From positions 69,970-133,969 of the forward strand of contig CAWENF010000020.1 in NCBI GenBank assembly GCA_963810275.1: 64,000 bases of DNA, written 5' to 3'. The stretch comes from an uncultured archaeon (GTDB taxonomy: Archaea; Thermoproteota; Bathyarchaeia; Bathyarchaeales; Bathycorpusculaceae). The notes below the pieces were generated by a model. It was not told the DNA's origin and ran no database searches. It saw only the letters and a list, made by a program, of their open reading frames with translations. The position numbers and the translations under genes were made by a program. Below, piece after piece: positions 9,645 to 19,089 of this stretch. How positions within the stretch are numbered: position 1 is the first letter of the stretch; every line of letters begins with the position of its first letter.

Positions 9645-10097
9645 TCAATAGCTATCAACATTTTTATCCATGCTGTTAAGCGAACTCTCGCCGCGGTTGC
9701 TGAATTTACCAAGATACCCAAAAGGATAAGAAAATAAGAAGATCTCAACCACTCCAAGAACAATTGAGAACTCTAAACCGAAAACTGTCCGTATCAAGAG
9801 GTTTATTGTCAAAAAAAATAACAACAAGAAAAAGCCGTTGAGCCAGAAACCTATCTGCCAGCCTTGGCAGCGATACAAACGATGAATTAGGATAATGTTC
9901 AAAACGCCCAGAATTATGGGTTGGATACAAAACATCGCTAGTACAAACAAGGCGAACCCTATCGGCGGCATATAGAGCAAAAACACGTTTTGGCATAAAT
10001 CCAGAAATAGTTGAATGCCAACAAGTGCAGTTGTTATTACTAAACCGTGGATGAAAATTGGTTTTGACAGTTTAAGCATTTTGGGCAATCCATTCAC
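9645..10097 (-). CDS. Hypothetical 4-TM membrane protein
   Basis: Four hydrophobic segments; overlaps the stop of the upstream gene. Confidence 0.7.
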   Translation of the reverse strand: MNGLPKMLKLSKPIFIHGLVITTALVGIQLFLDLCQNVFLLYMPPIGFALFVLAMFCIQPIILGVLNIILIHRLYRCQGWQIGFWLNGFFLLLFFLTINLLIRTVFGLEFSIVLGVVEIFLFSYPFGYLGKFSNRGESSLNSMDKNVDSY

Positions 10098-12447
10098 CTA
10101 CTTTTTGTTCAGCTAATCTTCCACGTATGCCATAATGGTTATCGGCGTCGTTCCAGTATACAATCCAGCAGCCTCTAATGTCCATACCTCTAAAAAGATT
10201 CAAACCTTTAATGATGAAACTGCACTGAGCGGCGTCATCGCTTGTTGACATTCCAAACTCAGAAATAACCACTTCTTTATTGGTTATTTTTTGGAGATAC
10301 TGAATCATATTGGGCGAAACGGTTAGAAAAGAATCCATAAAGACATCAAATCCAACAAAGTCCAGTTTTTCACTGAATTTTATTGGAAGGTTAGTTCGAG
10401 CGACGAAGGCTGGTGAGAAATTGGTGTAGAGTTGGGCAGGAAGCTGATGCTGCTCAACTGCTATGTAAATGTCTTCGAATTTGGAGCCTGCTTCGTCGTC
10501 TGTAAATAAGGCACCCATCTCCCATGACGAGGCCACGTCGGGCTCATTAAGGATCTGAATATAGGCTAGGTCACTACCCCACCTGTCAAGATAGAAGTTT
10601 ATGTCACTCAAACTTGAGTGTCCATTGATAATTACAGCAACTTTCACGCCAAGTTCACGAATGGCGCTAAAAAACACGTCGGAAAGAGTATTCAAGTAAG
10701 AAGTGAGGATAGTTGAATCGCAGACGAGGTTGACCCGTATTACGGTGAACCCTAATTCTTTAAGGTGAGCTACTTCGCTGAAAATTTGCTCCACACTATC
10801 CCGTTCATAAACGTAGGTAACGCCTACCTCGAATGAATTCGAGTTTCCATTGGATGAAGCTGAATAGAAAATGTATGGAAAGAAAAACTGAACAAAAACT
10901 AAGACGAAACATAAGCAAATTATCGATAATGTCCATACAAGTTTGTTCTGCGTAATTGCAACAAGGCGTTTTTTCTTCAGAAAACTCTTCATATCGACCT
11001 TTCTGAATTCAGAGAGGCGTTGCCTTTTTAAGTACAGCATAAAACTGACGCTGGCAGCAATAATTATCGCTACACCTGCAAAAAATATTTCACTTGGGAA
11101 ACGCTCCGTTACTGTGAAAAGAACTGCATCTGATATGCCAACTATTCTTGCAGAATTGATTGCGCTGACAGTAATGTTGTGAGTTCCGGCAGATAATTTT
11201 GACAGGGTTGTGTTTCCAGTTATTACTACTTCTTGCTGGCCATCAAGAATGTAGCTGAGCGAAACGGTTTTTTCATTTACTGTAAATGTTAGGGGGATGT
11301 CGTTTATGTCATATGTTTCGCTCTGTGGACTAGATATGCTAACTGTTGGTGCCTGAGAGGTGACTTGGGGCGAGAATTTTATTATGAATGAGTTTTCTAA
11401 TGTTGTTCCCGCAAGAGCGTATCCGCCATCCCCTGTTGAGATTAGACATGTAGCAGGGTAACCGCGCACTTCTGTTATTGATGGAAATCCCAACTGTGTT
11501 TGCCAGATTTCGCTACCTGACGAATCAGCACCCATAAGAGTTGCAGCTCTAGGTCTAACAACAAGATACCCGTTATTAGCGGTCTGTATAACTGAACTAA
11601 AACTGTCATCAGGATATTGAGCGTAAGGTAGATTCCACTGTTCATAACCTTGGGAATTTATTTTAATAATCCACGGAATCATGCCGCCGCTAGATTGCCA
11701 CATTCCAGTTCCTGAAAGAATAAAGCCGCCATCGTTGGTTCTATCCAAAGAGTAAACGAAATGGGGATTCAAGGGGTCGCCGTAAACATAGTTCTGGCTC
11801 CACTGCTGATTACCGTTTGAATCGAGCCGCGTCAGCCAAAAGTTATTCTTCCAATTGCCAGCCATCACGCAACCACGATCAACAGTGTTCGCAATTGTGG
11901 AAATACGAAAACCGCCAGTATAATTGAGGTCCCAAACGATGTTTCCTTGAGGGTCAAATTTGCGTAGCCACACATAGGTCTCTGAAAAACGCCAGTCGCC
12001 GTTACCAGTAACTATGAAGTCGCCATCAGCAGATAGGATTCCCTGCTGGATACCTTTCGCATCAACTGAGAATGTTGAAAGAATATTTCCCTGAGAATCT
12101 ATGCTGGTTACGTCGCCATTTGCGCAGAATAAGACATAGGTAAGGTCACTGGTTTCTGCTATTGAAACGATGTTGCCAAGGTTCTTCTGCCATTGTATGT
12201 TCCCTGTTAAATCGCATTTGATGAATGAAGCCACGTTAGAAGATGATGCAGTTCCAGCTATGGCGTAGCCTCCGTCTGAGGTTTGTATGATAGAGGTAGC
12301 TTGCAGCCCAGAGTAGGTTTGATGCCATTCAATTGGAGGCGGATCAGCGGCGGGGGATTGTGGAATTGAAAAAAGGACTAAAACAACTAAAATCATGAGA
12401 AATCCGTTTGCTATTATTTTTAGGTGGGCTAGTTGATAGCGCTTCAA
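10072..12447 (-). CDS. Membrane-anchored multidomain protein: beta-propeller-like repeats, Ig-like domain, two TM helices, clan GH-A glycoside hydrolase domain
   Basis: Repeats of type T.DGG.  ..G ... K.D..GN..W; Ig-like PTVSISSP..GTHNITV; TM pair; C-terminal QILNEP and VVISEFG motifs. Confidence 0.75.
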   Translation of the reverse strand: MKRYQLAHLKIIANGFLMILVVLVLFSIPQSPAADPPPIEWHQTYSGLQATSIIQTSDGGYAIAGTASSSNVASFIKCDLTGNIQWQKNLGNIVSIAETSDLTYVLFCANGDVTSIDSQGNILSTFSVDAKGIQQGILSADGDFIVTGNGDWRFSETYVWLRKFDPQGNIVWDLNYTGGFRISTIANTVDRGCVMAGNWKNNFWLTRLDSNGNQQWSQNYVYGDPLNPHFVYSLDRTNDGGFILSGTGMWQSSGGMIPWIIKINSQGYEQWNLPYAQYPDDSFSSVIQTANNGYLVVRPRAATLMGADSSGSEIWQTQLGFPSITEVRGYPATCLISTGDGGYALAGTTLENSFIIKFSPQVTSQAPTVSISSPQSETYDINDIPLTFTVNEKTVSLSYILDGQQEVVITGNTTLSKLSAGTHNITVSAINSARIVGISDAVLFTVTERFPSEIFFAGVAIIIAASVSFMLYLKRQRLSEFRKVDMKSFLKKKRLVAITQNKLVWTLSIICLCFVLVFVQFFFPYIFYSASSNGNSNSFEVGVTYVYERDSVEQIFSEVAHLKELGFTVIRVNLVCDSTILTSYLNTLSDVFFSAIRELGVKVAVIINGHSSLSDINFYLDRWGSDLAYIQILNEPDVASSWEMGALFTDDEAGSKFEDIYIAVEQHQLPAQLYTNFSPAFVARTNLPIKFSEKLDFVGFDVFMDSFLTVSPNMIQYLQKITNKEVVISEFGMSTSDDAAQCSFIIKGLNLFRGMDIRGCWIVYWNDADNHYGIRGRLAEQKVGEWIAQNA

Positions 12448-12550
12448 GTATATTATCCACTACTTTGCTTAAATCACAAGCCACTTACCGTTTATTAATT
12501 ATTGCTAAAAAACACTGAAAGCTCGCGAGTTTATACCTACAAGTGTAAAA

Positions 12551-13828
12551 CTATTTCTTCTGCTTTACTTCGCTGCTCTGCTTAAGCAAGGCAATACTGT
12601 TTGCAGGTAAATCCCGTTCAACCATAAAGTTAGCCCCGACCCATGTGTTCGCCCCAACCCTTACACCGGGCATGAATAAGGCTTTGATTCCTGTTTTTAC
12701 ATTATCGCCTAGTACTGCACCGAGTTTGCGCCTACCTGAATCGACGACTTTTCCTTTGATTTCCATTTTGACCTTGCCCTCGTCGAAGCGCAGGTTAGCC
12801 GTTATAGTACCTGCTCCGAAGTTGCATTTCTCGCCAAGCACACTATCGCCGACGTAGCTTAAGTGCCCAACATGAGTTCCATCCATAATGACGCTGTTTT
12901 TGATTTCGCAGCTGTTACCCACCCGCGTGTGCTTGCCGAGGCTAGTGCCACTTCGTATGTAGCAGTTCGGACCCACATCAGCCTCTTCATCTATGAAAAC
13001 TGGACCTTCAATATAGGCACCGCTACGTATCCGCGCAGTCTCTGCAACTGTAACTGGACCAAAAAGGTGCGCGCCCTTCTCCACTTTGCCTAGCACCTTG
13101 TGTTCCATTTGGTTAAGAGCCCAAACGTTAGCGTCAAGCAGGTCCCATGGTCTACCTACGTCGAACCAGTCGCCTTTGCCTAATTCCGCGGTTAGCACGG
13201 TTTTTCCTGACTCGGCGAGCATTGTGACGGCGTCGGTGAGTTCCCATTCGCCCCGCAATGAGGGTTTAGTTTGGCGGATTTTGTCAAAGACGTCTTTTCC
13301 AAAGCAGTAAACACCTGCATTAACGAGGTTCGACTTGACTTTGCCTGCGGGGGGTTTCTCTAAGATGCGTTTGACTTTGCCCTCAGCGGTCTGCTCGATG
13401 ACTCCGTAGCTTTCTGGATGGTCAACAGGCACAACGCCCATGACAGCAGCGGTTTCTACTACCTTGAATTTAGAGATAACCGTTTTTATCGCGTCAAGTC
13501 CAAAAAGCAAGTCACCGTAAATCAGCATAAAGTCGCCGTCAATGTACGGTTCAGCTATGCCGGCAGCGTTGCCTGTACCCAAAATCTCAGGCTGCTCAAT
13601 ATAGGTGATTTTTAAGCCGAGATTTGCACCATCGCAGAAGTAACTGCGAATCGCTTCGCCCATATAATGTGTAATCACGATTGCCTCTTCGATGCCAGCG
13701 TGTTTAACTGCTTCAAGACAGAACTGCAAAATAGGTTTTCCCGCAACCTTTAGCAGGTGTTTGGGTCTTGTCGCCGTTAATGGCTGGAGCCTTTCGCCTT
13801 TGCCTGCCGCTAAAATAACCGCCTTCAT
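12551..13828 (-). CDS. glmU: Bifunctional sugar-1-phosphate nucleotidylyltransferase/acetyltransferase (archaeal GlmU)
   Basis: ILAAGKGERLQPLT.TRPK, hexapeptide repeats, HLSYVGDS, NFGAGT. Confidence 0.93.
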   Translation of the reverse strand: MKAVILAAGKGERLQPLTATRPKHLLKVAGKPILQFCLEAVKHAGIEEAIVITHYMGEAIRSYFCDGANLGLKITYIEQPEILGTGNAAGIAEPYIDGDFMLIYGDLLFGLDAIKTVISKFKVVETAAVMGVVPVDHPESYGVIEQTAEGKVKRILEKPPAGKVKSNLVNAGVYCFGKDVFDKIRQTKPSLRGEWELTDAVTMLAESGKTVLTAELGKGDWFDVGRPWDLLDANVWALNQMEHKVLGKVEKGAHLFGPVTVAETARIRSGAYIEGPVFIDEEADVGPNCYIRSGTSLGKHTRVGNSCEIKNSVIMDGTHVGHLSYVGDSVLGEKCNFGAGTITANLRFDEGKVKMEIKGKVVDSGRRKLGAVLGDNVKTGIKALFMPGVRVGANTWVGANFMVERDLPANSIALLKQSSEVKQKK

Positions 13829-15198
13829 ATTTGAGCCTCAATTTGTAGTTGTATTAGTGCTGATGCTTTTTGGGTTATATCTTTTGCCGCTTGCTCGGAT
13901 TCACCTTCGACTGTTAAGCGGATAATAGGCTCTGTGCCTGAGGCTCTGACAAGTAACCAACCGTTTTTGAGTACCAGCCGTGCGCCGTCGACGACGGAGA
14001 AGTCTGTGTAGTTGAGGAAGGATGCTTTTAGCTGCTCGGTCAACTGGTCTATGAGGGTGTATTTTTCGTCGTTTTTGCAGGCGAAATTCACACGCATCGT
14101 TATGTACTCTGGGACTTCACCTACAAACTCCGAAACTGTTTTGCGCTCAGACTCCAACGCCAACAAGAACAAAGCAGCAGATAATGGTCCATCAGGGCAC
14201 AAATGCAGTTTAGGCTGAATCCATGCGCCGCAAGGTTCGCCGCCAAAAACTGCCTCTTGACGGTTGATTACTTCGGAAACGTATACGTCCCCAACTTTTG
14301 TCCTAATGACTTTTCCAGCATACTTATGAGCCATGGTCTCCACAGCCATAGACGCCTCAATCGTAGTCACAACCACACCTCCGCCAACACTTTTGAGCAT
14401 ATACGACCCATAAGCGGCGAGGGAACGATCAAAATTCACGAAAGAACCCTTCTCATCCACAAAGGCCACGCGGTCAGCGTCGCCGTCAAATGCAACTCCT
14501 ATGTCTGCGCCAAGAGCCTTAACCGCCGCCGACAGGTCTCGAAGGGTTTCCCCATTAGGTTCGGATTTACGGGCTGGAAAATGCCCGTCAGGCTGAGCGT
14601 TTAGCGCCGTTACTTTGCAGCCTAACATTTTGAGCAATTGTGGTCCGAGATTAAAAGCAGCGCCGCATCCGGGGTCAACAACGACATGCCAGTGTTTTTT
14701 GAGTTGCACGGCTTGTTGTACCATTTTTAGGTAAATTGAGGTGGAATCTACCTGTTTGGTGGTTCCAATCTTACTCCAGTGAGCTAAGGTGAATTTGCCC
14801 TCCGCCACAATTTTTTCCACGGCGTCTTGGTCAGTGTCCACGTAGGATAGGCCGTCTTGGTTGAAGACTTTGATGCCGTTGTATTGTGGCGGGTTATGTG
14901 AGGCGGTGAGCATAAAACCAACATCTGCGCCAAGGGCTTTGGTGGCATATGCGCAGACGGGGGTGGGCACCATTCCAGCTTGCAGCACTTCTGCACCACA
15001 GCCTTGCAGCCCCGAAACCAACGCGGCTTCAATCATGCCCCCCGAAACCCTCGTGTCCCTTGCGACTACGACTTTCTTGGCTTTAGAATAAGTCGCCACC
15101 GCAGAAGCCACCTTGCACGCCAACGTCGGAGTTAAAACCACGTTTACTAATCCGCGAACTCCTGAGCTGCCAAACAATTTACCCATCATACTCACCAT
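13825..15198 (-). CDS. glmM: Phosphoglucosamine mutase / phosphohexomutase
   Basis: LFGSSGVRG, TASHNP, FDGDADR, GGEP, RASGTEP. Confidence 0.92.
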   Translation of the reverse strand: MVSMMGKLFGSSGVRGLVNVVLTPTLACKVASAVATYSKAKKVVVARDTRVSGGMIEAALVSGLQGCGAEVLQAGMVPTPVCAYATKALGADVGFMLTASHNPPQYNGIKVFNQDGLSYVDTDQDAVEKIVAEGKFTLAHWSKIGTTKQVDSTSIYLKMVQQAVQLKKHWHVVVDPGCGAAFNLGPQLLKMLGCKVTALNAQPDGHFPARKSEPNGETLRDLSAAVKALGADIGVAFDGDADRVAFVDEKGSFVNFDRSLAAYGSYMLKSVGGGVVVTTIEASMAVETMAHKYAGKVIRTKVGDVYVSEVINRQEAVFGGEPCGAWIQPKLHLCPDGPLSAALFLLALESERKTVSEFVGEVPEYITMRVNFACKNDEKYTLIDQLTEQLKASFLNYTDFSVVDGARLVLKNGWLLVRASGTEPIIRLTVEGESEQAAKDITQKASALIQLQIEAQI

Positions 15199-15358
15199 TT
15201 TCTCTGCATGGTAAAGGCTGGTGTGCCCTAAAAAATCTTAGCGTACAGTCTAAGGGTTGCTTCAAACCATTTTGGTGAAGCAGCAAATCTAAACCGTCTA
15301 AGATACAAAAAATGTAGACATCGGATGCAGCGCACGCAGCCAACCTTTAAAATTTTTT

Positions 15359-16441
15359 TCACTGGCTCTGAAGGAAATCTGCCAACTGTGTCCTTGTAGG
15401 GTGCAATCCGTCGGGGTTTTGGAGGTAGCATGCTGCAACTGCGTTAGCTAAGGTTAGGCGGCACTCGTCGGGCAAGTTGTAGTGACTGGCGTAGATGTTG
15501 CCTGCGCACCATGCGTCTCCTGCGCCTGTCGCCCGAAGCGGTTGGACTTTGAAGGACGCAACCTTTGCTTCGCGCTTCCCATATATGGAGGCTGCGAAGT
15601 TTGTGGTATGTAAATCGATTCTCGCAGAAAACTGTTTTGAGAGAATTCGGGCGGCTTCCAAAGCTTTTTCAGCAAAGGGCAACTTCCGATTTTTTGCTTC
15701 GAAGTCAATGGTTAGGTGACTGGCGTAGGTGACTGCTTCATTTTCGTTTAAACTCAAAACATCCACCAATCTCCCGCCCAGAACTCTTCGGGTTAACCCG
15801 GGAATGCCTTTTGCGTTTGGTGTGGGGTCAGCCGTGTCGTAGTAGGTTTTACATTTGCCGCCTTTTCTTGCCGCAGAAAAAACCGCCTCCGCCAATTTTG
15901 TGCCGTGATGCAGTGTACCCACCCAGTTGAACAGACACACAAAATTAGCTGCCTCAATCATTTCGAAGTCGCTTTTTGCTAGGTTCTTTGGACCAAAATC
16001 GGCTAGTGCACCTAAATCGCGAAGCATAACGTTTGATTTGTTGTTTTCTTTTTGGAACTCCATGGCGGTCGTTACAGATGCCTTCCCGAGGGTTTTAATA
16101 TACTCATAGTTGAGCGGGCGGTTTCTGAAGTGGTACTTGATTTGTTCAAGACCGTAGTGGCTTGTGCAGACAATCGGCGTAACCTCCGCTCCGAGGCTGT
16201 TTAGAGCGCTGGCTACGTTTACGGCGTTTCCTCCAGCCATGTCCACCTGCGAGACTCCATCTAGGCTGCCGCCTTTACGTTCTGCCACATCCGCCATTTT
16301 AGCCGCAAACTCAACGGGTGTCCACTGCAAGTTTACGAGGCGGTCTAAGAAGAAGTCGGGTAACACCACTACTTTGCAGGGTTTCTTGAGTGGTTGGGTG
16401 AGGAATTCAAGCAGGGTTTCCATGTGTTGCTCATTGGACAT
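15359..16441 (-). CDS. PfkB-family carbohydrate kinase
   Basis: GGNAVNVA, LNENEA, ATGAGDAW. Confidence 0.88.
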   Translation of the reverse strand: MSNEQHMETLLEFLTQPLKKPCKVVVLPDFFLDRLVNLQWTPVEFAAKMADVAERKGGSLDGVSQVDMAGGNAVNVASALNSLGAEVTPIVCTSHYGLEQIKYHFRNRPLNYEYIKTLGKASVTTAMEFQKENNKSNVMLRDLGALADFGPKNLAKSDFEMIEAANFVCLFNWVGTLHHGTKLAEAVFSAARKGGKCKTYYDTADPTPNAKGIPGLTRRVLGGRLVDVLSLNENEAVTYASHLTIDFEAKNRKLPFAEKALEAARILSKQFSARIDLHTTNFAASIYGKREAKVASFKVQPLRATGAGDAWCAGNIYASHYNLPDECRLTLANAVAACYLQNPDGLHPTRTQLADFLQSQ

Positions 16442-16537
16442 GTGGGGTTCATTTATTGTATCCGCCAAAAAGCTAAAATAACCTTTTGTTAACATCTGGT
16501 AGCTTATAGGTTTCAAAATACGGGGAGAATCAGGATT

Positions 16538-16777
16538 ATGAAGTTCAAAGTAGAAGTTACATTGTTGGTTTTAGCAATAGCATTGTTCATTGCGGCGACC
16601 TTCTTTTATTCCTATCAGTCCGCAACTGGCGCCTTAACGCTTAGCATAAGCGAAAGCATAACGTACCCCTACCGCACCTTAGCACTTGCGTTTGTCGGCG
16701 TCGGCTCACTTTCCATGATTTGCGCCTCCATCTCTTACCAGAAAAAAACCAAACACCTCATCGCCCAAACGGCTTAA
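16538..16777 (+). CDS. Small 2-TM membrane protein
   Basis: Two hydrophobic helices; upstream TATA-like element. Confidence 0.65.
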   Translation: MKFKVEVTLLVLAIALFIAATFFYSYQSATGALTLSISESITYPYRTLALAFVGVGSLSMICASISYQKKTKHLIAQTA

Positions 16778-17584
16778 GCGCCCACAACGGTTCGCACCAG
16801 AAGCCAAACCAAATCGCCCCCAAACACCGCCACCACTAACCCTAAAGTGACGAAAATCAACATGGGCAACCCTGGAGTAGCCCAGACGTAGTTATCGATT
16901 TTGCCTTGATCCACCGCGTCTGAGAGGCGCTGGACGATTTGGTCTCTCCCCTCATCTTTTGGCACCACTACCAGATTACGATGTAAATCCACATCGGTGT
17001 CGTTGGCGTCTTCCAAGGGGAAAATATGCCACTTCGCCTTAACTTTGTCAATACTCATTTTGTATCCAGTAATGAGCACTAAGAGTTTTTTACTCCAAGA
17101 CTCGCTTGCTAGTAAACCCGTAAACAGCTGGGTTTTGGTTTTTTGGCGCCAAACTAGGTTGCGCAGAAGCATGTATATACAACTAGCAGCAGCGAATAAC
17201 ACTGAGTTACCAAAGATGGTTATGGGGAAAATTATCTGCGATGTTGGTGAAGTAGGCGTAATCAGCGGCTGTACCAAGCCAAGGGGGGCAAAAGGCAAAG
17301 CAAGGGCGATGCACATGAGGGCTTTTGAGTCTGCGCCTCCAAAGCCACCTGCATAAAATAATAGTAGCGCCAAGCCAAAGGTAACCCCGACGGCTATACC
17401 GAAAAACATCAGGTTCGCCTGGTTTATAGAGTAGTAGCTGAGGCATTGTTAACGCCAAAGCGATTGGTGCCCAGATAACCCAGACCTTGTTGCTGACTTC
17501 TCGACTCTGATAATCCTTCCAGGAAGCATAACCTAGTATGCCTATGGAGACAACTATTGAACTTGCAATTAGTATTTCTTGCAA
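16774..17584 (-). CDS. Prepilin/prearchaellin peptidase (A24, PibD/FlaK-like); frameshift near 17415
   Basis: N-part YASWKDYQSREVSNKVW; C-part GGFGGADSKAL and VWATPGLPMLIF; the two ORF fragments join with one indel. Confidence 0.88.
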
Positions 17585-17940
17585 AGCTGCATGGATATCC
17601 TTTATAGCGGTTGGTTTTATGTGTTTATCGGATTTATAAGATATGTTAATTTGTGCGTCATTAAAAACAACAAAATAGAATGGACGGGACCTTAAACAGT
17701 ATCGAAACATCGAAACGGAGATGTTTTGTCCATACTTTACTTATTTGGTAACATATAACAAAATGTTTTAGCAGATAAGCAGAATCTGCATTGTGTCTAA
17801 ATGTATTGTATTAGCAATGTGTTCGAGGTTCAGACTATACATACTAATCATATACCAAGCTAAATCAGTGCCATGTAAGGAAATAATTTTTAAACTCCTC
17901 TTCTATCCACTTAAAACAACACACTAACGGAAGAATCAAA

Positions 17941-18636
17941 GTGAAGCAAACTTCAAAAATAATCAATCAAGCTAAAAAAGAAAATAGAAAAGCTCTTTTA
18001 GAGCCTGAAGCTAAAACCATCTGTGCTGAATATGGCATTTCAGTAAACAACTTTAACGTGGCAAAAACCGCAAAAGAAGCTGCTGAACAAGCAGAAAAAA
18101 TCGGCTACCCAATAGTCATGAAAATCGTTTCACAGGATATCATCCACAAATCCGATGCTGGAGGCGTACTTGTTAACCTTAAATCTGCTACCGAAGTTGA
18201 AGCCGGCTTCAAGAAAATTATGGATAATTCCAAAAAATACAAGGAAGACGCAAGAATAGAGGGCATACTAGTTCAGGAGATGGCGCCTCAGGGTACCGAA
18301 GTCATAGTGGGAGCAATAAAAGACCCTCAATTTGGGCAGACAGTAATGTTTGGGCTCGGTGGCATCTTTGTAGAGCTCTTAAAAGACGTAAACTTCCGTG
18401 TTGCACCCCTCACCGTCCAAGACGCAAAAGAAATGATAACCAACCTCAAGGCATTTCCACTGCTAAACGGGTATCGTGGCTCAAAACCCGCTGACATTGA
18501 GGCATTAACAACAATTCTGGTCAACGTTTCAAAGATGGTTATGGAGCAATCTGACATCAAAGAACTTGACTTAAACCCCGTAATGGCTTACCCTGTCGGC
18601 GCCAAAACAGTTGACGCCAGAATAATCCTCGAATAA
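17941..18636 (+). CDS. acdB: ADP-forming acetate/acyl-CoA ligase beta subunit
   Basis: GYPIVMKIVS, HKSDAGGV, DPQFG, GGIFVE, ELDLNP, VDARI. Confidence 0.93.
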   Translation: MKQTSKIINQAKKENRKALLEPEAKTICAEYGISVNNFNVAKTAKEAAEQAEKIGYPIVMKIVSQDIIHKSDAGGVLVNLKSATEVEAGFKKIMDNSKKYKEDARIEGILVQEMAPQGTEVIVGAIKDPQFGQTVMFGLGGIFVELLKDVNFRVAPLTVQDAKEMITNLKAFPLLNGYRGSKPADIEALTTILVNVSKMVMEQSDIKELDLNPVMAYPVGAKTVDARIILE

Positions 18637-18848
18637 ACCGCAATGATTCCAGCCCACTTGGGGTTTTTATTTTTTTTTATCTGGGTATCGCTATTACCTC
18701 GGCGTCAAGAGGACGGGCATACATTCTTAATTGCTTTTTTTGTATGGGCTATGCTTCTTTGTCTAACGGTGGCATCAAGTATTACAGCATACGCCATCTA
18801 TACAATCTATATAGTGGGAAAAACACGAACAAGATAAGTAAGGAAAAA

Positions 18849-18926
18849 TGGCGCCCAGGCCGGGATTTGGACCCGGGTCCTACGGGCGACAGCCGCATAT
18901 ACTAGACCTAACTATACTACCTGGGC
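18849..18926 (-). tRNA. tRNA-Asp(GUC), CCA encoded, T-loop reads UCCAAAU
   Basis: GCCCAGG/CCUGGGC acceptor stem, anticodon arm UGCGG-CUGUCGC-CCGUA, G73. Confidence 0.93.
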
Positions 18927-19089
18927 AAACTATAGCGCCGCAACAATACACTAATCTTCCCTAATTAAGCTTTTCTTGAAAAATAATGCTAAGCTTTTGC
19001 CAGAGAAAGCTATAAACTGCCTTGAATGGGCAACAGGCTTAATATTACCACGCCCAAAATAAACCAGAAACCCACTGGAAGCAGAATAA

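Noticed and set aside
17695-17730. Two GAAAC-ending motifs suggestive of CRISPR repeats
   Set aside because: No repeat-spacer periodicity and no cas genes in the window.
18643-18837. 64-aa hydrophobic ORF between acdB and tRNA-Asp
   Set aside because: Spans T-rich terminator-like sequence; no recognisable motif.
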